This document shows positions 37,274 through 47,202 of a stretch of 64,000 bases of DNA, piece after piece. The position numbers and the translations under genes were made by a program. The notes under the pieces are model-generated. The model was not told the origin of the DNA and ran no database searches. It worked only from the letters and a program-made list of their open reading frames with translations. How positions within the stretch are numbered: position 1 is the first letter of the stretch; every line of letters begins with the position of its first letter. Where the stretch lies: contig DASYRB010000026.1 in NCBI GenBank assembly GCA_036004805.1, forward strand, positions 4,938 to 68,937. Direction: 5' to 3'. The DNA comes from Candidatus Norongarragalinales archaeon (GTDB lineage: Archaea; Micrarchaeota; Micrarchaeia; Norongarragalinales; DASYRB01).

Positions 37274-37363
37274 TTGAAAATTCCCACCCTTTTTCTAGAG
37301 GTAATACGTCTGTGGGCATTTTAAAGACTTCACAGACCATCAACTGATACGTAGATTTTCCTT

Positions 37364-38566
37364 ATGGCCAGTATCCCTATCATAGAGTACGCTATCGGTT
37401 TTTTTACGCTCTACATTACCGTGTTCTTTTTGCTCGTCTATTTGGAGAACCGGAGTGAAGTGAAGAGGCACCCGCAGCCGCCCAAAAAGCTCCCCTCGTT
37501 CACTATCATCATTCCGGCTTACAACGAACAGGACTCGATCGAACGCACGGTGCAGAGCGTGCTCGACAGCGGCTATCCGCGAGCCAAAATGCAAGTGATC
37601 GTGGTCGATGATGGCAGCAGGGACGCGACGTGGCAGCGCATGCAGAAGTTCAAGCGCACGAAAGGCGTGTTGTTGCTGCGCAAGCCCAATGGCGGAAAAG
37701 CCGCCGCGCTCAATTTCGCTTTGAAGCGCGCGAAGGGAGAATTCATCGCGACTCTCGACAGCGACTGCTTCGTGGAAAAAGGCGCGATCCAGAAAATGCT
37801 GGGCTATTTCTGGGAAGACGACAAGATCATGGCAGTCACGAGCGTGACCAAGGTCGAGAATCCACGCAACGCGGTTGAGAAGTTGCAGCGCATCGAGTAC
37901 CTCGTCAGCGTTTTCGCGAGGCGCGTGCAGCAATTCATCGACGCGATCGCCGTGACTCCCGGACCGTTGAGCGTTTATCGCGCGCGAGTGTTCAAAGAGC
38001 TGGGCGGTTTTGACGAGAAAAGCGTGCTCGAAGACCAAGAAATGGGTTTCCGCATTCAGAGCAACCATTACAAGATTCGTGGCAGTATGGATGCGGTCGT
38101 GCACACCACGGTGCCGCCGACGTTCAAGATGTTGTTGCTGCAGCGCGTGCGTTGGTATCGCGGCGGTTTGAGGAACGTCGCGAAATACAAACACATGCTA
38201 TCGCGCGATTACGGAGATTTGGGAATGTTCGTCATGCCACTAGGTATCGTTTCGATGTTGATGATGTTCGTGATTTTCGGCCTTTCACTGCTGCAGTACA
38301 GTCATGGCGCGAGCGCGATCGACCTCATCACGAGGCCGAGCGTCGCGTGGCTGGGCATTCAAGCGACCCACATAATCGCGGTCGTGATTTTCGCGTTGAG
38401 CGCGTTCTGGGTGTACCTGGGAATGAAGCACTTCGAGGGCGAAGCACTCACGCCGTTATACCTGCTGCTCTATCTCATAATTTACGCGCCGATGGTGACG
38501 CTTTTCTGGATCGCCACGCTCATTTATGAAGCCAAGGGAGGAAAACCAACCTGGCTCACTCGCTGA
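37364..38566 (+). CDS. Processive glycosyltransferase family 2 (PgaC/cellulose-synthase-like)
   Basis: IPAYNE, DDGS, GGKAAALN, DSD, LED, QRVRW (QxxRW); N- and C-terminal TMs. Confidence 0.92.
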   Translation: MASIPIIEYAIGFFTLYITVFFLLVYLENRSEVKRHPQPPKKLPSFTIIIPAYNEQDSIERTVQSVLDSGYPRAKMQVIVVDDGSRDATWQRMQKFKRTKGVLLLRKPNGGKAAALNFALKRAKGEFIATLDSDCFVEKGAIQKMLGYFWEDDKIMAVTSVTKVENPRNAVEKLQRIEYLVSVFARRVQQFIDAIAVTPGPLSVYRARVFKELGGFDEKSVLEDQEMGFRIQSNHYKIRGSMDAVVHTTVPPTFKMLLLQRVRWYRGGLRNVAKYKHMLSRDYGDLGMFVMPLGIVSMLMMFVIFGLSLLQYSHGASAIDLITRPSVAWLGIQATHIIAVVIFALSAFWVYLGMKHFEGEALTPLYLLLYLIIYAPMVTLFWIATLIYEAKGGKPTWLTR

Positions 38567-38575
38567 TCTAAAAAC

Positions 38576-39244
38576 ATGGACAATCAACAACCACCGCATC
38601 GCAGGATCAATTGGCACACTTACATCGTCGCGCTAGTCATTACAGTGCTGGTTTTTGGTGTCGGCATTCTTCTCGGCGCCGAGTTCGCGCGCGCGGGCAG
38701 CAGCGCGTTGGCGAGCGATCTTGAGCGGCTCACGACCGAAAGCACGACGCTTGAGTTGTTGTTGGCGTTGAACGTTTCTGAAGAAAAAACTTGCCCGTTG
38801 CTGGTTTCGCAGGTCGCGCGCTTCGACAAGGAAACCGCGACTTTCGGCGAAAAACTGGATTTCTTGGAGCGCAGCAACGGCCGACAGGACGATACAGTCG
38901 TGTCCTTGAAGCGCCAGTACAGCTTGAAAGAAATCCGCGATTACTTGCTGCTTTTGAAGATCAATAACGCGTGCGGTCACAAGTTCGACACGGTGCTTTA
39001 TTTCTACAGCAACAAGGAATGCAGTGATTGCGCGTCGCAGGGCGAAGCGCTCACGCAGTTGAAACAGGCCGCGCCTGACCGCGTGATGATCTACAGCTTC
39101 GACGCTGACATTGGTGGCGACGCGCCCGACTCGTTGCGACAGGTTTATGGCATTTCGTCATACCCGGCGCTCGTAGTGAATGGCAGGGTGTTGCAGGGTT
39201 ATCGTTCGGCGCAGGAAGTTGCGGGCGTCATCCGCGAGTCCTGA
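38576..39244 (+). CDS. Membrane-anchored protein with C-terminal thioredoxin-like domain
   Basis: N-terminal TM, helical middle, YFYSNKECSDC, YGISSYPALVVNG. Confidence 0.8.
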   Translation: MDNQQPPHRRINWHTYIVALVITVLVFGVGILLGAEFARAGSSALASDLERLTTESTTLELLLALNVSEEKTCPLLVSQVARFDKETATFGEKLDFLERSNGRQDDTVVSLKRQYSLKEIRDYLLLLKINNACGHKFDTVLYFYSNKECSDCASQGEALTQLKQAAPDRVMIYSFDADIGGDAPDSLRQVYGISSYPALVVNGRVLQGYRSAQEVAGVIRES

Positions 39245-40415
39245 GCGCGGCTTTGTAGACGCTTTCGAGTTTTCGCGTGCTCGCTTCTATGCTGTATTTT
39301 TCGGTCGCGTTCCGTGCTGACGTCATGAACTTTTCTTTTTGTTGTTGCGGCAGTGCGAGTGCGCGCATGATTTTTTGAGCGCATTGCGTCGCGTTGCCGG
39401 GTTCGAACAGGAAGCCGTTCTTTCCTTCAGTGATCGCGTCGGGTATCGCTAGCGCGTTGGCGCCGATGCATATTTTTCCGCAAGCCATCGCTTCCATGAG
39501 TGAGAGGCTCTGTGTTTCGAACGTGCTGGCCGTGACGTAGAGGTCGCTCGCTTTGTAGTACAGAGGTAGTTGTTGGTTGGGAATGAAACCGGCGAAGCGC
39601 GTGACGTCGAGCAGTCCCAAGCGCTTGGCCTGTCTCTCTAGTGACGAACGCGTGGGTCCGTCGCCTCCGATGAGGAGCTTGAAGCGTAGTCCTTGGTGCT
39701 TGAGTATTCGCGCGGCTTTCAGCACGACGTCGACGTTTTTCTCCTTGCTCAACCTGCCAACGCACGCGATGAGTGGCTCGTCGTCGCCCACGCCGATTTT
39801 TTTCTTCAACTCGTCGGCTTGTTGTTGCGTGAACGTCGCGGGTGAGAAGTGTTTCGTGTCGATGCCATTAGGCACCACCTCGACGTGTCTCAGTCCGTTC
39901 TTTTTCAAGAGTTTCGCGACGGAAGCGCCGGGAGTGGTGACGATGTCGAACTTTTTGTAGAACGGCACGATGGCGCGCCATGCGATCTTGCCTGCAAAAT
40001 TCTTGAAGCGCTGAGGGCCTGGCAGCAGCTTTTCGGCGGCGATTGGTATCATGGTGTGGAAAGTCGCGATCTTTGGTAAATGTAGAGAGCGTCCAGTCTG
40101 TAGCGCGGCGATACCCATTCCCGCGATGCCGTGGCAGTGCACGATGTCGATGCCGTCCGTTCTTGCTTGTCGCGCGGCTTTGAAGGGCTTGAGCGCGAGT
40201 TGGTATTGCTTGTAGAGCGGGAACTTGATGCCTTTGTAGTAATGCACGCTCGGGTTTTTTTCGGCGCCTTTGGTTTTCGCATCGCCGGCAGTGTAGATGA
40301 ATACTTTGTGTCCTCCTTTCTCGAGTTCGCGTCGATAGTTGAGGAGCGAGAACACTACGCCGTCGACGTTCGGCAGCCACGTGTCCGTAAAGAATCCTAT
40401 TCGCAAGCGCTTCAT
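39228..40415 (-). CDS. Glycosyltransferase family 4 (lipid glucosyltransferase-like)
   Basis: TDTWLPNVDGV, TFHT, PNGID, VGRLSKEKN, ASTFETQSLSLMEAMACG. Confidence 0.92.
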   Translation of the reverse strand: MKRLRIGFFTDTWLPNVDGVVFSLLNYRRELEKGGHKVFIYTAGDAKTKGAEKNPSVHYYKGIKFPLYKQYQLALKPFKAARQARTDGIDIVHCHGIAGMGIAALQTGRSLHLPKIATFHTMIPIAAEKLLPGPQRFKNFAGKIAWRAIVPFYKKFDIVTTPGASVAKLLKKNGLRHVEVVPNGIDTKHFSPATFTQQQADELKKKIGVGDDEPLIACVGRLSKEKNVDVVLKAARILKHQGLRFKLLIGGDGPTRSSLERQAKRLGLLDVTRFAGFIPNQQLPLYYKASDLYVTASTFETQSLSLMEAMACGKICIGANALAIPDAITEGKNGFLFEPGNATQCAQKIMRALALPQQQKEKFMTSARNATEKYSIEASTRKLESVYKAALRTRG

Positions 40416-40423
40416 TGACGAAT

Positions 40424-42235
40424 TCAGAATATCACTACGATTGATAAAAGCGCTAGCGCGAGTGCCGCGAGGAACATGGCCGGCGCGACTATCTTCGCGA
40501 CGCTCACTATCGCTCCCACCGTGCTGAGGAGTTCGCTGGAGCGTCTCGAGCCCATGACGTCGATCTTGACGCGTCGCGTGCCCATTCCAACGCGCACGGG
40601 CTCTACGTCACGCAGTGCTTTCGCGACGGTTTCTTCGATGACGTTGACGAGCGCGTGGCTGTTGGGTTGCGAGCCGAGCGGGTTGTGCACGCCGCTTATC
40701 GAGTTGACGGCGTGCGTGTCCGTGGTGAAAATGTCGCAGTGCGTGAATCGGAATTTTTTGAGGCGCTGCAGGACGCTTTCGCGGAATTGCGGCGTCGAGT
40801 TGTTCGCGTCTAGCAGCACCATGCACGCGCGCGCCTTGCCTATCTGTAGCACGGCGATCTTTAGTCCGGCCTTGCCGATGCCTTGGCTCGCGGTGAATTG
40901 TTTGAGCGGGTCGGTCGCGATGCCGAGCTCGATCCTGCCTTTTTGTTGTTGCGTTAGCGCGTTGACGGAGTCGAGCGCTTGGAAGAACTCTTCACTGCCG
41001 GCAGCCATTGAGGGAACTTCGAAGGCCGAGTTGTGCCTGTCGATTATTGTCGAGTCGTTGAATCCTTTCGCGAGTATCGCGTTGCGCAGCGCGACGCCGA
41101 GCGCTGCGTCGATGTCGTCGGTGTGTTCAGGAGCGCGTGAAATGGAGACGAATGACTTGTTGTCGAACTCGAGGCCGAACGCTTCACAAGGTCCGGCGTT
41201 GCCTTTGATGAATGACGCGTTGCTGGTTTTGCGCGTGGCTTGTTTGAGGCATTGTTCGAGCTCTCTCGCGATCATTTGCGCGTCACTGCTGTAGACCGGG
41301 TTGTAGTCGTGTCCTGCTGTGCCTTTGAACACGAGCGCGGGGCAGTCGTGTTTTTCTTGAAAAATTTTCGACAACAGGTGCGGCCATTCGCTTCCTCCCA
41401 TGTTGCCGACGGGTCCGTAGTGTACGTGCGGCACGAGGAAGAACGCCTTGTTTTTTCCTTTCGCGTTCTCGAAAGCGACGGCCGATACGAACGTCTCGAC
41501 TTTTTCGCCCATTTCCGCCATGACTTCCTCGAGTCCCTTGCTGCCCTTGATCCATTGCGCCGAGAAGAGCGTCGCGGCTTGTATCGCGTTCACGCCAAGG
41601 TTGCGCTTGGCCGGCGCGTTCAGGATGTAGAACAACAACCATAACCCTGCGAGGAAAATTGTTGCAGCGACCGCGAGTTCGAGCGCGAGCAGTGTTGGGC
41701 TTGGCGGGCTGACGATGCCGAAACCGCGCCAAAAAACAAGCGCCGCGATGTTCAGTGCCGGTTGCACGAAGCTGACTGGAAGCGCGCGGGCGGCGTTGTA
41801 ACCGAGCGCGACGTAAGCGCCTACGAACCATACGAGCACGAGTGCGGCGTTGACGAGCAGCGCTGGCAGTATGAAGGAAGTGCCCGTGATCTTGGTTGCG
41901 AAAATGCCCGCGCCATAACCGACAGCGGCGACCGCGGCAGTGATCAGCGCGAGAAAAATGAAGTATTTGAACGCCCATTTGAAGTGCGTCCTTTCAAGGC
42001 CCGTGGTTGCGAGCAGCGCTGCGCACATCGCCGGCAGTGACAACACGAGCACGCCTTGAATACCGCCGAACAGCAAAATGTCGATCAAGGACTGTCGTGG
42101 GTCAAAGAGGAATGACAACGCGATTCCGGCAAGGAAGCCGAAGACCGCGAGGTAGACGATGGTTCTGTTCGCTGAAGGCAGTTTGAAAATGAAGCGCGTG
42201 AGGCCGGTGGTGCTCTCGCGCAAGCTAGACGCCAT
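40424..42235 (-). CDS. DUF2070 family membrane protein
   Basis: Multi-TM N-half; HYGPVGNMGGS, DRHN, DANN, TTDTH motifs. Confidence 0.85.
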   Translation of the reverse strand: MASSLRESTTGLTRFIFKLPSANRTIVYLAVFGFLAGIALSFLFDPRQSLIDILLFGGIQGVLVLSLPAMCAALLATTGLERTHFKWAFKYFIFLALITAAVAAVGYGAGIFATKITGTSFILPALLVNAALVLVWFVGAYVALGYNAARALPVSFVQPALNIAALVFWRGFGIVSPPSPTLLALELAVAATIFLAGLWLLFYILNAPAKRNLGVNAIQAATLFSAQWIKGSKGLEEVMAEMGEKVETFVSAVAFENAKGKNKAFFLVPHVHYGPVGNMGGSEWPHLLSKIFQEKHDCPALVFKGTAGHDYNPVYSSDAQMIARELEQCLKQATRKTSNASFIKGNAGPCEAFGLEFDNKSFVSISRAPEHTDDIDAALGVALRNAILAKGFNDSTIIDRHNSAFEVPSMAAGSEEFFQALDSVNALTQQQKGRIELGIATDPLKQFTASQGIGKAGLKIAVLQIGKARACMVLLDANNSTPQFRESVLQRLKKFRFTHCDIFTTDTHAVNSISGVHNPLGSQPNSHALVNVIEETVAKALRDVEPVRVGMGTRRVKIDVMGSRRSSELLSTVGAIVSVAKIVAPAMFLAALALALLSIVVIF

Positions 42236-42286
42236 TGATAAAAGACTTAGTTATTATTCGCCGAGCGCCCTTAAAATAGCGTAGAA

Positions 42287-42976
42287 ATGACAAGCCAATC
42301 GAAGATTTGTCCGCGGTGCGGCCACGACTCGAGCGACCGCAGGTTCATCGGCAGTTTTTGCGAAAAATGCTTCCAAGAAACCCAAATCATCGCAGAGGTG
42401 CCGAAAGCGTTGGAGATCGACCTGTGCAAGACCTGCGGACGCGTCAAGCTCAAGAACGAATGGACGACTTTTACTGGCAAGTCGATCGCGATATGGCTAG
42501 ACGAGAAGATCAAGCACCAATTCAAGGTCGAGAAGAAATTCATCAAGGTCGCCCAACACCCGAAAGAACTCGAATGCGACATCGATTACACTTACATCGT
42601 TCACGGCGTGCCCATCGATTGGAAAGCAGGCACACGCATCCCACTGCACAGAACGTATTGTCCGGACGACATGAAAATGGCCGGTGGTTATTATGAAGCG
42701 ATCGTGCAGTTGCGAGGCGATCCTAAGGATGTTGCGAAGGAAGAGAGAGAACTCGCGCGACACCTGCACAGCTATACGTACATCGCGAAAACCGAGCACA
42801 AGAAGGAAGGACCCGACATCTACATCGGCAACAAGACCATGCTCCAGCGATTTTTCGAAGACAACCACGTTCGCTTCGAAGCCAGCCGTCGCTTGATGGG
42901 ACAAAAACAAGGCAAACGCCTATTCCTCACGACCTATCTAATTCGACTCTCTGAAAAAGAAACAGACGCCGCCTAA
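42287..42976 (+). CDS. nmd3: NMD3-family ribosome biogenesis protein
   Basis: CPRCG, CEKC, CKTCG, GGYYEAIVQLR, DIYIG. Confidence 0.9.
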   Translation: MTSQSKICPRCGHDSSDRRFIGSFCEKCFQETQIIAEVPKALEIDLCKTCGRVKLKNEWTTFTGKSIAIWLDEKIKHQFKVEKKFIKVAQHPKELECDIDYTYIVHGVPIDWKAGTRIPLHRTYCPDDMKMAGGYYEAIVQLRGDPKDVAKEERELARHLHSYTYIAKTEHKKEGPDIYIGNKTMLQRFFEDNHVRFEASRRLMGQKQGKRLFLTTYLIRLSEKETDAA

Positions 42977-42986
42977 AAGCAACGCA

Positions 42987-43673
42987 TTAGCCTTTTACGT
43001 CTTTCAGTTTTTTCTTCAACTCTTCCAGCGTCGCCATGGTGGCGAGTAGTGGGATGCCTTCGCTGTCCGCGATCTTGATCGCGAGCTTGTCGACTTCTTT
43101 CACTCCATGCAGCACGATTACCGCAGGCTTGATGGGCGCGATGCGCACCGCAACGAGCGGGCTTCTGCCAGTGCTGACGCCCGTGAAGATCAGCGCGCGT
43201 TGATTAGTGCTTCCATAAATTTTCACGAAGCTCTCGTAAGGAAGTTCCAAGATGACTTTTTGGCTGTCGAGAATCGTCGCGCCGTAGATGGTTTTCTCTT
43301 CCAGCTTTTCTTGTCCCGCGACCACTTCAGCACCGATGATTTTCGCGAAGTCGCTCGCGTTGATGGGTTTCGGGAAGTCTATCGCGTCGAAGAACTCTTT
43401 GCTTTCTTCTGCTTCCTTGAAGCGCTTCACGAGCTCGCCGCCCTTCTGAATGTCGATGTCCACTAGCGCGTCGACGAAGCGTCGAATAACGGCTATTCCG
43501 GGGCTCTTTCGGCGGTTGCTCTCGTAATCACTGATCGTCGATGGCGTAATTTTCAAGTGCTCGCTGAGCTCGGTCTGCGAGACGCCGAACACTTCACGCC
43601 ATTTCTTCATGGCTTTGCCTGGATCGTTGCTTAACGCAATCTCGCCGGCAATCTTGACTTTGAGTTGTTCCAT
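42987..43673 (-). CDS. Archaeal XRE-HTH regulator with C-terminal DRTGG-like domain
   Basis: IAGEIALSNDPGKAMKKWRE, ISDYESNRRKSPG, RALIFTGVSTGRSP. Confidence 0.88.
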   Translation of the reverse strand: MEQLKVKIAGEIALSNDPGKAMKKWREVFGVSQTELSEHLKITPSTISDYESNRRKSPGIAVIRRFVDALVDIDIQKGGELVKRFKEAEESKEFFDAIDFPKPINASDFAKIIGAEVVAGQEKLEEKTIYGATILDSQKVILELPYESFVKIYGSTNQRALIFTGVSTGRSPLVAVRIAPIKPAVIVLHGVKEVDKLAIKIADSEGIPLLATMATLEELKKKLKDVKG

Positions 43674-43741
43674 CGAATTGGTTTAGGGCCGCGTCGAGTT
43701 TAAAAGGTTCTTTTCGACAAGTCCCTTGCGTAAAAACAGAA

Positions 43742-44368
43742 ATGATCAAGGCACTGCTCTTCGACATGGACGGCACTTTACTCGACAATGACAAGTACGA
43801 GCGACAGTTCTGGGACAAGGACCTCGTCGAACAAGCCGTGAAAGAAACGGGAAAGCCGAGGAATAAGGTCGCGCGCGATGCCGCACGCTTCATCATTGAG
43901 AACAAGGGCACGCCGAAATACTTCTACCCACAAGCCTACCTCGACCACCTCGGCGCGCGCGACTACGATCTGAAGTCGCTCGTGCGTAAGAACTTGAAAA
44001 TGGTCAAAGCTTGGAACTGGGTAAAGCCCGCGTTATTGAAGACGCGCAAGAAATACGTCAACATCATTTTCACGAACGCGATCGAAGAAGTCGCCAGCGC
44101 CAAGCTCGAAGCCGCCGGCATCTCTTCCTGTTTTCACTTGATCAACAGTACGCACGCGCGCACCAAGCTCGAGGAAGAACGCTTCGACGAGTTGTTCCTC
44201 ATTCTAGAACGCTTGTTCGGCATTGACGGCAGACGGGAGAGCGTTTTTTTCAGTGACGACCTCGACTATGCACCGGTCGCGCGCACGTTCGGACTCCGCA
44301 TCGAGCGCGTCGAGAAGGGCAAAAAACCCGCGGTCCTGGACAAGCTGCTCGACCAAGCGCAGCATTAA
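43742..44368 (+). CDS. HAD-superfamily hydrolase
   Basis: LLFDMDGTL, IFTNA, FFSDD. Confidence 0.85.
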   Translation: MIKALLFDMDGTLLDNDKYERQFWDKDLVEQAVKETGKPRNKVARDAARFIIENKGTPKYFYPQAYLDHLGARDYDLKSLVRKNLKMVKAWNWVKPALLKTRKKYVNIIFTNAIEEVASAKLEAAGISSCFHLINSTHARTKLEEERFDELFLILERLFGIDGRRESVFFSDDLDYAPVARTFGLRIERVEKGKKPAVLDKLLDQAQH

Positions 44369-44423
44369 AACACCCGCGACGCGAAAAAGATTGTAACAAA
44401 AAACAAAGGTGGATCGATAAGCA

Positions 44424-44993
44424 ATGGCTCTTTTGGAATGGATAATTCTCGGCATCATCGGACTCGTTCTAGTCGTCGTCATTTATTTCTACAACAAGCT
44501 AGTCTCGCTCAACAACCTCGCGCAAGCGGACTGGAAGAACATCGACACCTACCTGCAGCAGAGGTTGGACACGATTCCGAACCTCGTGGCGATCGCGAAG
44601 CGCGTCATGAAACAAGAAACGGAACTATTCACGGGATTGGCGAAGGCTCGAGAGAGCGCGCAGCAAGCCACGGACGCGAAGGGACGTATCGCGGCGAACA
44701 CGAAGCTCGACAATCTTCTCGCTAACTTTTACGCACGCGCCGAAGCATACCCACAAATGCGCAGTAATGAAGCGATGCAGCGCGTCATGGAAGACCTTCG
44801 AGGCATCGAGGACAAGATCCGCAGCGCGCGCGGCGCTTACAACAACAGCGTGCTGGCCTACATCAACGCCGTCACCATGTTTCCGAGCAGTGCGTTTGCG
44901 AACGTTTTCGGTTTCAAGAGCGACAAGTGGAACTATTACGAAGCGGATGCCGCGGCTCGTTCCAGCTTGAAACTCGACAAGCTCCTCAAGTGA
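44424..44993 (+). CDS. lemA: LemA family protein
   Basis: N-terminal TM, YNKLV, WKNIDTYLQQRLDTIPNLV, EAYPQM, YNNSV, FPS. Confidence 0.92.
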   Translation: MALLEWIILGIIGLVLVVVIYFYNKLVSLNNLAQADWKNIDTYLQQRLDTIPNLVAIAKRVMKQETELFTGLAKARESAQQATDAKGRIAANTKLDNLLANFYARAEAYPQMRSNEAMQRVMEDLRGIEDKIRSARGAYNNSVLAYINAVTMFPSSAFANVFGFKSDKWNYYEADAAARSSLKLDKLLK

Positions 44994-44999
44994 AGATAA

Positions 45000-45935
45000 T
45001 TGGCGGAAAAAGACGGACAGCTTGAAGAGCTCCGTACCACTTTTCACGAGCAAGCCAGTCGCAACAAGCTCCGCAGTTATCTCTTAGCCGCCGCGGTTGT
45101 CGTGGTCATTTCGGTTCTGGTTTTCGTGATTTGGCAGGTGCTCGACCCGTTCGCGGGCGTGGGCGTGTTGTTTTACGCGGGAATCATTTCGATCATTTAC
45201 GGACTCACTACGTACTACGCTGGCGATAAGATCGTTCTCGCGACGACGCACGCGCGTCCATTGCAGCCGGACAAGAGCACGAAGGAATTGATGGTGAAGA
45301 ACCTTGTCGAATCGCTCGCGATTTCTGCACACATGCCCGTTCCAAAACTCTACGTCGTGGAGAGCAGGGAGATGAACGCGTTCGCGACCGGCAGGGATCC
45401 TGAACACGCGAGCTTGGCGGTGACGACTGGTTTGTTGGAGCGTTTGAATCGTGACGAGCTCGAGGGCGTGCTTGGCCATGAAATGAGCCACATTGCGAAT
45501 TACGACGTGCGCTTCAACACGGTGGTCGCGGTGATGGTGGGCATTGCGGCTATTTTGAGTGATTTCTTTTTGCGCTCGATGATGTGGGGTGGCGGCCGCA
45601 ACAGGGATGATCGTGGCGGCAATTTCGGCTTGCTCGTGATTGTTGGCTTGATTCTTGCGATAGTTGCGCCCATCGTGACGCGTGTGGCTCAGGCCGCGGT
45701 TTCGAGGAAGCGCGAGGGCTTGGCGGATGCTTATGGCGCGAAGCTTTGTGGCAATCCTGACGCGCTGGCTGACGCGCTCGAGAAAATAAGCAGGACGAAC
45801 AAGGGCGACATGCCTGTCGACGAGGCCGTTTCACACCTTTTCTTCGTCGATCCTCTCGTGAGTAGTCTGGACAAGTTGTTTGCGACGCACCCGCCGGTCA
45901 AGGAACGCATTGCGGTGCTGCGCGCAATGAGCTAA
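45000..45935 (+). CDS. htpX: Zinc metalloprotease HtpX (M48)
   Basis: NAFATGRDP, HEMSH (HExxH), SRKREGLAD, FATHPP. Confidence 0.95.
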   Translation: MAEKDGQLEELRTTFHEQASRNKLRSYLLAAAVVVVISVLVFVIWQVLDPFAGVGVLFYAGIISIIYGLTTYYAGDKIVLATTHARPLQPDKSTKELMVKNLVESLAISAHMPVPKLYVVESREMNAFATGRDPEHASLAVTTGLLERLNRDELEGVLGHEMSHIANYDVRFNTVVAVMVGIAAILSDFFLRSMMWGGGRNRDDRGGNFGLLVIVGLILAIVAPIVTRVAQAAVSRKREGLADAYGAKLCGNPDALADALEKISRTNKGDMPVDEAVSHLFFVDPLVSSLDKLFATHPPVKERIAVLRAMS

Positions 45936-45953
45936 GAGCGCCTTTTTCTGGTT

Positions 45954-46673
45954 TTATTTTTTGGCGCGTTTTCTTTGTACTTCGAGCGGGATGAAGCTGA
46001 CGGGTATTGCGCCTTTGTTGATTACGAGCTTGCCGCCGCGTTTCGTCATTGACATGAGTAATTGAATGCCTTGGCGGATACTGATGGGTGCGACGAGGTT
46101 GCCGCCTTCTTTGAGTTGTCTGCCTACGAGGCGCGCTACGGGTGCGGGCGTTTGTGCTGCGAACACGATCGCGTCGTATGGCGCGCTGGCTTTCCATCCT
46201 CTGGAGCCGTCGGCGTGTACGAGTTCGACATTGCCTCTGAATTCTTCAGGCACTCGCTTGAGTGCTTCACGCACTGCTTTTTTCGCGAGCTCGTGGACGA
46301 GTTTGTTGTTTTCGATGCTGGTGACTTTGCCTTTCGGTCCCGCGACGAACGATATTAGTGATGCTTGGTAGCCGGTGCCCGTGCCTATTTCGAGAATTTT
46401 TGCGCCGGGCTTGATGTCGAGGAGTTTGATCGTCGAGGCTATGACTGATGGTTGTGAAATGATGATTCCGGATGGGTGGTGTAGTGGTATGTCACAGTAG
46501 GCGTGTGGTTGTAATTGCCGCGGCACGAAAAAACGGCGGTCGGTGTGTACGAACGCGGAATAAGTTTCTGACGTTAGGTGGCCGTGGATGGAGAGGTGTG
46601 CTACTAAAGAGCTGTTGCCTGGGAAGTGTTCGTCGTGCGGTGTCGTTTCGAGAGGGCGCAGTGTTCTTGGCAT
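45954..46673 (-). CDS. pcm: Protein-L-isoaspartate O-methyltransferase
   Basis: DRRFFVP, ISQP, LEIGTGTGY, DGSRGW, APYDAI, QLKEGGNLVAP. Confidence 0.88.
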   Translation of the reverse strand: MPRTLRPLETTPHDEHFPGNSSLVAHLSIHGHLTSETYSAFVHTDRRFFVPRQLQPHAYCDIPLHHPSGIIISQPSVIASTIKLLDIKPGAKILEIGTGTGYQASLISFVAGPKGKVTSIENNKLVHELAKKAVREALKRVPEEFRGNVELVHADGSRGWKASAPYDAIVFAAQTPAPVARLVGRQLKEGGNLVAPISIRQGIQLLMSMTKRGGKLVINKGAIPVSFIPLEVQRKRAKK

Positions 46674-47186
46674 TTACTCGACTTTGATCGCGTTGCCTTT
46701 ATTTTTGGGTTTCGACGCGTTCTTTTTCTGCAGCAACACTTCAAGGATGCCGTTCTTGTAGGTCGCTTTCGCGCTCGTGCTCAAGACTTCCGCGGGCAGT
46801 TTCGTGATTTTCGAGAATGAAGGTTCGTCCACGCTGATTTCCAGTATGGTGGGCGTGGCGTTGAGCTTGATTTTTTGCTTGTCAGCGACTCCTGGCAGTT
46901 CTGCAATTATGCGCACGTGTTTTTCTTCCTCTATCACGTCAACGAGTGGTTCGCGTTCCTTGGTGACTTTGCGTTCTTGCACGTCGACGTTGCCGAACTT
47001 TTCAACTACGGGCTTGCCTTCGGGTCCGATGCGTATGTTGACGCCGTAAACGATGGGCTCGCCTGGCCTGGTGGGCGCGTGTCCTTGTTCTAGTTGCTTT
47101 ACCAGTTCATTCATCATGCCTTCTAGCTCGGTGAAGTCTGGGAACATGTCGTCGAACAGTCCGAAACGCTTTCTTCTGGGATTCAT
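46674..47186 (-). CDS. hsp20: Archaeal small heat-shock protein Hsp20
   Basis: VYGVNIRIGPEGKP, REPLVDV, AELPGV, ATYKNGILEV. Confidence 0.93.
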   Translation of the reverse strand: MNPRRKRFGLFDDMFPDFTELEGMMNELVKQLEQGHAPTRPGEPIVYGVNIRIGPEGKPVVEKFGNVDVQERKVTKEREPLVDVIEEEKHVRIIAELPGVADKQKIKLNATPTILEISVDEPSFSKITKLPAEVLSTSAKATYKNGILEVLLQKKNASKPKNKGNAIKVE

Positions 47187-47202
47187 GGGCTTTACTCGGT
47201 TG

